Origin: Patescibacteria group bacterium
GTDB taxonomy: Bacteria > Patescibacteriota > Patescibacteriia > Magasanikbacterales > GWA2-37-8
Assembly: GCA_041661385.1 (NCBI GenBank)
Contig: JBAZUP010000001.1
Coordinates: 145,692 to 209,691, forward strand
Length of the DNA stretch: 64,000 bases
Direction: 5' to 3'
Below the pieces are notes generated by a model. That model searched no databases. It had not been told where the DNA came from and saw only the letters and a list, made by a program, of their open reading frames with translations. The translations under genes and the position numbers were made by a program. This document shows, piece after piece, positions 58,316 to 64,000 of the stretch. Numbering within the stretch: position 1 is the stretch's first letter; the number at the start of each line of letters is the position of its first letter.

Positions 58316-60106
58316 TTAAATAGCTTGAATTTTTTGTAACTCGTCAATTAGATTTGATATTCTCAAATTATCCTTTAGTTTTTCCGCGTCAGCCAGTTCA
58401 CTTTGTATTTCCTTTCCTCTCTGAACCTTCCACATACCTTTAATTCTGTACAGGAGCTGCTCCAACTCCTTACCCGATGTTTCGGGTGTTATATTGTCAA
58501 AATCCTTTGAGGCCCTTAATAACAAGAGCTCCACAGAGGAAGAAAGGCCAGTATTCGCTATTTCCGAACGAATATCATCTGCGGTAATTTTGTTGCGCTT
58601 ATTATATATTCTTTCGGCTGCTTCGTAAAGGCCTGCGAAACCAGAACTAAAAAATTGGCCAGTCGGTATTTTATCACGCAATGAATTGTAATTTTCCGGG
58701 TGTTTCAATAGTAACGACCAAAATTCCTCTTCCATATTATCCTGCGGGCTTTTCACGACAATTTCTACCTTTGACAACTCTACCTTTACCGGACTCACAA
58801 CTTTCGATTTTATTTTTTTAATTTCTTCACGTAATACGCTCGGCTCAATTGAAAGATCATCTGCTAATTTCTTTAACCACTCATCCCGTTCTACGCCATT
58901 TGGAATTTTTGAAATTTCCAGAAGCAAAGCCTGTGCAACTTTTTGTTTTGAACCAAAATCTTTCTTATTTAATCCACTAAGATGAATACCAAAATACCAA
59001 TCCATCACACCCTTGGCATTTTTTACGGAATCAAACCAAACTGTCGGATTTTTTTTCAAACATTCATCCGCGTCCTTTCCGGCTCCGGGAGGAATTTGAA
59101 TAACTTTTATACTCATTCCGTTTTCAAGCGCTACATCAATTCCTCTTTGACCGGCTTTTTGTCCGGCCGCATCCGCATCAAACGCCATGATAATATTATT
59201 ACTATAGCGCTTTAATAATTTAACCTGTTCCATAGTTAATGCCGTACCAGAAGCCGCAACCACATTAGCCATACCAGCTTGATGGCAAGCTATTACATCC
59301 ATTTGCCCTTCCACTACCACCGCTTGATCTTTGGCTTTGATTTCTGTTTTTGCGCGATGAATTCCGTACAAAACTCGTGATTTGTCATAAAGCGCGGTTT
59401 CTGGAGTGTTTACATATTTTCCGCCCGACTTCTCTGTTTCCACCAAAACTCGGCCGGTAAAGCCAATTACATTCGCGTGAGTATCGTAAATCGGAAACAT
59501 TATCCTACCTCTAAATCGATCATAAAATCCCTGACCGGTTTTTTCGTCTGCTCCTTCTCTTCTAATTGTAAGCCCCGCGAGAACTAAATCTGTTAGAGCA
59601 AAACCCTTTTTTAATAAATATTGAGTTAGCAGTTCCCACTGATCGGGAATATACCCAATTTGCCAATCGGTAATAGTCTGATTTTTTAATCCTCTATTTT
59701 CTAAATATTTTCTTGCCGGTTCAGCAGCCGGAAGTTCGGTAAGAAAACGGTGATAAAAAATTGCCGCGGAATTATTTATTTCAAGCAAACGATTTCTGAG
59801 GCTAGCGTTTTCTTCATTACGATCAAGATTAACTTCTACTCCGGCGCGTTTTGCGAGCAATTTTAAACATTCAACAAAATCCAATCCTTCCATTTCCTGA
59901 ACAAAGGTAAAAACATCTCCGCCCTTACCACAACCAAAACAATGCCAGATCTGTTTTTCCTGATGAACCATAAAAGACGGGCTCTTTTCATTATGAAAAG
60001 GACAGTTCGCTTTCCAGTTAGCGCCAGCCTTTTTTAGAGTGATATATTCACCAATAATCTGGACGATGTCCAACCGGTCTTTTATAGCCTGGGTATCTGT
60101 TGCCAT
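58316..60106 (-). CDS. dnaG: DNA primase
   Basis: Zinc ribbon CPFHNEKSPSF...CFGCGKGGD, TOPRIM EGQMDV, 596 aa. Confidence 0.95.
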   Translation of the reverse strand: MATDTQAIKDRLDIVQIIGEYITLKKAGANWKANCPFHNEKSPSFMVHQEKQIWHCFGCGKGGDVFTFVQEMEGLDFVECLKLLAKRAGVEVNLDRNEENASLRNRLLEINNSAAIFYHRFLTELPAAEPARKYLENRGLKNQTITDWQIGYIPDQWELLTQYLLKKGFALTDLVLAGLTIRREGADEKTGQGFYDRFRGRIMFPIYDTHANVIGFTGRVLVETEKSGGKYVNTPETALYDKSRVLYGIHRAKTEIKAKDQAVVVEGQMDVIACHQAGMANVVAASGTALTMEQVKLLKRYSNNIIMAFDADAAGQKAGQRGIDVALENGMSIKVIQIPPGAGKDADECLKKNPTVWFDSVKNAKGVMDWYFGIHLSGLNKKDFGSKQKVAQALLLEISKIPNGVERDEWLKKLADDLSIEPSVLREEIKKIKSKVVSPVKVELSKVEIVVKSPQDNMEEEFWSLLLKHPENYNSLRDKIPTGQFFSSGFAGLYEAAERIYNKRNKITADDIRSEIANTGLSSSVELLLLRASKDFDNITPETSGKELEQLLYRIKGMWKVQRGKEIQSELADAEKLKDNLRISNLIDELQKIQAI

Positions 60107-60198
60107 ATGCTCGCTAGATTAACACTAAAAATCCATCTTCGCAAGTCTAAAAGGTGTTAAAATTGTGCTTAATTTGGCTTAAAACTGCCCAAATGCTC

Positions 60199-60227
60199 TT
60201 GACAATATCGTCATATTATGCTAATAT
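60199..60227 (+). promoter_or_regulatory. Near-consensus sigma70 promoter TTGACA-17-TAATAT in the dnaG divergent intergenic region
   Basis: TTGACA 60199-60204, 17-nt spacer, TAATAT 60222-60227, ~85-nt leader to ATG 60315. Confidence 0.5.
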
Positions 60228-60314
60228 ATTCAGTTGATTTTAACTCGGCGAAAGAAATTTCACCCTGTTAATCAGCAAATCTGATGTTCACTTTTCACCT
60301 CGAAAGGGAAAACG

Positions 60315-60767
60315 ATGACCCGTAATACTCGCAGTTCATACCAGAAATTGCTCTTGGTACTCAACGAAGTCTTCGTTGGCTACTGGTTCATCACCTACCC
60401 AGTCATCATCGTCACCGCATCCAACTTCGCCGTTGAGCAAGATTTTTCCGAAAGACTCATCATCTTCGCCTTGCTCCTTCCGGTGTTGAAGATGGTGCTC
60501 TTGCTCGTCGAATTGAACGATGAGATGAAGGCTGCCCGTGAAAACAGGCAGTACGACGAGGAGAAGGCCAATTCCATCGGCCCCATCGAGAACGAACTCG
60601 ACATCCCGACGAATATTCGTCGAATGCACCCCGACCCAAACTGGGGGGAAAAGTTCGTTGCTGCCATGAAGAATCCGCAGCCTGATGACATTCCGCCCGA
60701 AGACGGCAAGCTCCTCGACTTCCCCGCCTACAAGAGGCACAGCAAGAAGCCCGACCTGCCCAACTAA
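60315..60767 (+). CDS. GC-rich foreign-looking 150-aa protein: two N-terminal TM helices plus acidic, Pro-rich C-terminal tail
   Basis: Strong C-ending codon bias (ttc atc ctc gac aac aag ccc), ~52% GC against a ~35% background. Upstream RBS aaggga. Confidence 0.5.
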   Translation: MTRNTRSSYQKLLLVLNEVFVGYWFITYPVIIVTASNFAVEQDFSERLIIFALLLPVLKMVLLLVELNDEMKAARENRQYDEEKANSIGPIENELDIPTNIRRMHPDPNWGEKFVAAMKNPQPDDIPPEDGKLLDFPAYKRHSKKPDLPN

Positions 60768-60788
60768 AGCAGGACATCAGAAACACCT

Positions 60789-60826
60789 CTAACCCCTCCC
60801 CCGATTCGTCGGTGCGGAGGGGTTTA
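60789..60826. terminator. GC-rich hairpin cccctcc...ggagggg then T/A run
   Basis: 7 bp G/C stem with 16-nt loop; weak U-tract. Confidence 0.35.
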
Positions 60827-60836
60827 AATTTTATAC

Positions 60837-62087
60837 TTATTCTTTACGAAGCGCGTCAATTGGACTTAAGTTAGACGCTTTACGGGCCGGATAAATACCG
60901 AACAGTAAACCAATGACGGCTGAAAAACCAACTGAAAGTAAAATTGAAAATAACGAAACATCAAAAACCCATTTGAAGCCAAAACGAACTGCTAGGTAAT
61001 AAATTACATACGCTAAGACCGAACCAATAATAATACCTACTACTCCACCACCAAGTGTAACTAGCACCGCTTCTGAAAGAAATTGTAAAAGGATATCGCT
61101 TTTTTTTGCGCCCAAAGATTTTCTAAGTCCGATTTCAAACGTCCGCTCGGCAACCGATACATACATAATATTCATAATTCCAACCCCTCCCACCAAAAGC
61201 GAGATACAAACGAGCGCCACCAAAAGAAGTGTAACACCATCGGTAACTGTTTTCAGAGATTTCAAAGCGTCAGCCGTGGTATTTATCATAAAATCATCAC
61301 GATCGGGGTTAGTGATAGAATGATTTTCGCGAATTATTGCAGCCAAATCATCCACTGTTTCGGCGGCTTTATTTGTGTCGCGCAGATTAGCTATGATCTG
61401 TCTCACATAATCAATGCCCAATAATTTTTTTTGCATTGTTTTACACGGCATGTAAATAACCGTATCGAGATCAAAAATAAAAGCGGCACCGCGCGGAGCC
61501 AAAACACCAATCACTCGAAATGATTTTCCACTAAGATAGATATTTTTTCCAACCGCCGATTCATCACCAAACAAAGTTTCTTTTACTTTCGCACCTAGCA
61601 CAACAACAGAGGCCAGTGAATCTTCCTCGTCTTTGGCATAAAACCTTCCTTCAGAAAATTTTAACACCTCAACTTCTGCCGCTCCGGCTCCTTCACCCCA
61701 AATAGTTGTTTTTTGATTATAGCCATTGTAGGAAGCGATTTCCTGGCCGATTACCATTCCATACGCAACGGAAATATTTGGGTGTTTACTAACATCTTCA
61801 ATATCTTTATCCCGTAAAGTGGTAATTACAACACCGCTTGCCTGAGCAATTGCGCTATCGCTTGAATTTGCCTTAGATGTTGGAATTTTAGTTTCAATGC
61901 TTAAAGATTTTGCATCAAAAATATCAAATTGACCAAGCACAAACTTTTGCATACCGCGACCCGCCGCCATAATAGTAATAACCGCGCTAATGCCAATACT
62001 AATAGCTAGCATTGTTAAAATCGTGCGGCGCTTTTGGCGCAAAAGGGACTGATATGCGAGTCTAATGTTATTTATACGAATTAACAT
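60837..62087 (-). CDS. ABC transporter permease, MacB/FtsX-like fold
   Basis: N-terminal TM, large periplasmic domain, C-terminal three TM with FtsX-type conserved loop. Confidence 0.8.
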   Translation of the reverse strand: MLIRINNIRLAYQSLLRQKRRTILTMLAISIGISAVITIMAAGRGMQKFVLGQFDIFDAKSLSIETKIPTSKANSSDSAIAQASGVVITTLRDKDIEDVSKHPNISVAYGMVIGQEIASYNGYNQKTTIWGEGAGAAEVEVLKFSEGRFYAKDEEDSLASVVVLGAKVKETLFGDESAVGKNIYLSGKSFRVIGVLAPRGAAFIFDLDTVIYMPCKTMQKKLLGIDYVRQIIANLRDTNKAAETVDDLAAIIRENHSITNPDRDDFMINTTADALKSLKTVTDGVTLLLVALVCISLLVGGVGIMNIMYVSVAERTFEIGLRKSLGAKKSDILLQFLSEAVLVTLGGGVVGIIIGSVLAYVIYYLAVRFGFKWVFDVSLFSILLSVGFSAVIGLLFGIYPARKASNLSPIDALRKE

Positions 62088-62088
62088 A

Positions 62089-63327
62089 TTATTCGTGTCT
62101 CAGAGCTTCAATCGGATTTAACCTAGCGGCGTGGCGAGCAGGCGTCACACCAAAAACAATTCCTATTACAATTGATACGATACAGCCGAGAATAATTGAA
62201 GAAGGAGTAATAACCAAATCCCAACTATAACCCATATTTTTTGCTATCGACGCAACCAAAATAGAAATTCCGCTGCCGATAATTATACCAATAACACCGC
62301 CCGTGAATGTTATCAAAATCGTTTCAACCAAAAATTGGGCAATAATTTGTCGGCTCTTTGCTCCAACTGCTTTACGCAGGCCAATTTCTTTGGTGCGCTC
62401 TTCTACCGCCGCAAGCATAATATTCATGATTCCAATACCGCCTACAACGAGTGAGATTGCCGCAATCGCAGCAAGAAAAAATTTAAGACCATTGGTCACC
62501 GAGGAAATCGCTTCAATCCCTTGATTAGTAGACCGAACGGAAAAATCATCATTATCTGGATTTGTTATATTATGCTGTTCGCGTAATTTTATTTTAATAA
62601 ATTCTTCCACCTCTGAAATATTATCAGCCGAATCTACCTTTACTCGCATAAAATTTACATAATTTATGCCGAGCAATAATTTCTGCGCAGTAGAAAGTGG
62701 CACAAATATTTGATTGTCTTGATCTTGAAAACCGCTTCGGCCTCGCTCCTTTGCTACGCCAATAATTTGAAAAATCGTTTTTTTAATTTTTACATTTTTT
62801 CCAAGCGGATCAGCGTCCGGAAATAATGCCTTGGCAACTGTACTGCCAATAACCGCAACTTTCGCATTTCCTTTTTCTTCTTCTTCAGTAAAATAGCGAC
62901 CAAATTCCAAATTTATTTCTTCCACATTCGGATACCCGGCGGAAGTGCCAAGAAAATTTGTATCAGTTTTATTATCACCGCTAGTAACAGTATCAATACC
63001 CCGCACATAGGACGTGGAGGCTAATATATGTGGAATCTCGCCATTGTCAAAAGCTTTGCGATCATCATCTTTAAGAGTTGTAACGACGATACCCATAACC
63101 GAGGCAGGCGGACCTTTTTCGTCGGATTTTCCGGGTAAAACTCCAACCAAATTTGTACCCATGCTTTTAAATTGATTAACTATGAGGCTCTGCGCGCCCG
63201 CACCAACGGACATAATAACCACCACCGCCATAACGCCAATAATAATACCAAGCATGGTTAGAAATGACCGCACCTTATTTTGGCGTAAAAGACGCCAGGC
63301 ATTACGCAGGTTATCGAATATCACCAT
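62089..63327 (-). CDS. ABC transporter permease, MacB/FtsX-like fold, paralog of previous
   Basis: Same architecture; a tandem permease pair. Confidence 0.8.
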   Translation of the reverse strand: MVIFDNLRNAWRLLRQNKVRSFLTMLGIIIGVMAVVVIMSVGAGAQSLIVNQFKSMGTNLVGVLPGKSDEKGPPASVMGIVVTTLKDDDRKAFDNGEIPHILASTSYVRGIDTVTSGDNKTDTNFLGTSAGYPNVEEINLEFGRYFTEEEEKGNAKVAVIGSTVAKALFPDADPLGKNVKIKKTIFQIIGVAKERGRSGFQDQDNQIFVPLSTAQKLLLGINYVNFMRVKVDSADNISEVEEFIKIKLREQHNITNPDNDDFSVRSTNQGIEAISSVTNGLKFFLAAIAAISLVVGGIGIMNIMLAAVEERTKEIGLRKAVGAKSRQIIAQFLVETILITFTGGVIGIIIGSGISILVASIAKNMGYSWDLVITPSSIILGCIVSIVIGIVFGVTPARHAARLNPIEALRHE

Positions 63328-63339
63328 ACTGATAAGAAG

Positions 63340-64000
63340 TTACTTGCTGAGTTCACTTTTATCTTTTGCAATTTGGCGATTTTTTACAAGCTCGTCAGAA
63401 ACAATCAATCCATCATGGATTAAAAGAATCCGCTTCGCGTGCTCCGCCGTATATTTTTCGTGCGTTACTAAAATAATCGTATGACCCTGTTCATTGAGCT
63501 CCTGAAGAATTTTCATCACCTGCAAACCGGATTTTGAATCAAGATTGCCGGTTGGTTCGTCGGCAAAAATAATTTCGGGATTATTTATTAACGCACGCGC
63601 AATTGCTACCCGTTGTTTTTCTCCACCCGATAACTGGCCCGGCGTATTATTCATACGATGTGAAAGACCGACTTGTGCGAGAAGCTCAGTACCTCGCCGA
63701 TCTCGTTCGGCGCCGGACGCTTTTGTATATAAAAGCGGCAGAACTACATTATCTTTAGCGCCCACCCGATTAAGCAAATTAAAAGCCTGAAAAACAAAAC
63801 CAACCTTACTGCCGCGCATTTCCGCAAGCTCATCATCATCAAGGGTGCTCACATCTTTATCTTCAAAGATATATTTTCCGGTTGTAAGTGTATCGAGAAA
63901 ACCCAAAATATGCATGAGAGTTGATTTGCCGGAACCGGAGGGACCCATAATAGCAACAAATTCACCTTTTTCAATACTAAAATTCAAACCACCCAGAACC
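63340..64000 (-). CDS. ABC transporter ATP-binding protein (MacB/LolD family), N-terminus cut by window end
   Basis: Walker [19 protein letters not shown], Walker [13 protein letters not shown]; the reading frame continues past position 64000. Confidence 0.85.
   Translation of the reverse strand, partial: VLGGLNFSIEKGEFVAIMGPSGSGKSTLMHILGFLDTLTTGKYIFEDKDVSTLDDDELAEMRGSKVGFVFQAFNLLNRVGAKDNVVLPLLYTKASGAERDRRGTELLAQVGLSHRMNNTPGQLSGGEKQRVAIARALINNPEIIFADEPTGNLDSKSGLQVMKILQELNEQGHTIILVTHEKYTAEHAKRILLIHDGLIVSDELVKNRQIAKDKSELSK

Noticed and set aside
60336-60786. Three overlapping minus-strand ORFs (134, 104, 108 aa) inside the 60315-60767 gene
   Set aside because: They are a consequence of elevated GC removing stop codons in all frames. 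The plus-strand frame has the promoter, RBS, coherent TM topology and terminator.

Overview
This is a 64 kb, low-GC (~35%) bacterial chromosome segment. It is densely packed and almost entirely minus-strand housekeeping. The gene content suggests a small-genome Patescibacteria/CPR-like organism; that is inference, based on scattered dcw genes, ProRS without an editing domain, KorAB plus ADP-forming acetyl-CoA synthetase, and many short intergenic spacers. Recognisable genes include alr, serS, lysS, greA, the rod-shape module mreB-mreC-mreD-mrdA, a UvrD-type helicase fused to a Cas4/AddB-like Fe-S nuclease, rlmN, a complete F1Fo ATP synthase operon (atpI-like, B, E, F, H, A, G, D, C), tatD, metG, rsmI, a cysteine desulfurase, proS, uppP, a fermentative module (ACD + korA + korB + flavodoxin-like), mscL, FKBP, cupin, peroxiredoxin, ftsE/ftsX, a MurE-like ligase, murG, rpoD, dnaG and a MacB-type ABC transporter that is cut by the window end. 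Five tRNAs are present (Asn-GTT, Gln-TTG, Thr-CGT, Gly-CCC, Lys-TTT). There is no rRNA and no CRISPR array. The hunt turned up small compositionally foreign GC-rich islets with C-ending codon usage and GC-rich hairpin terminators (1-316 beside a tyrosine recombinase; 42291-42573; 60199-60830), plus a GC-rich non-coding islet after tRNA-Lys. It also turned up a thrice-repeated ~25 bp motif around the recombinase, a duplicated tRNA-Gln 5' fragment split by a GC hairpin, and two perfect consensus sigma70 promoters driving orphan genes. The foreign GC-rich islets are the most unusual part of the window.
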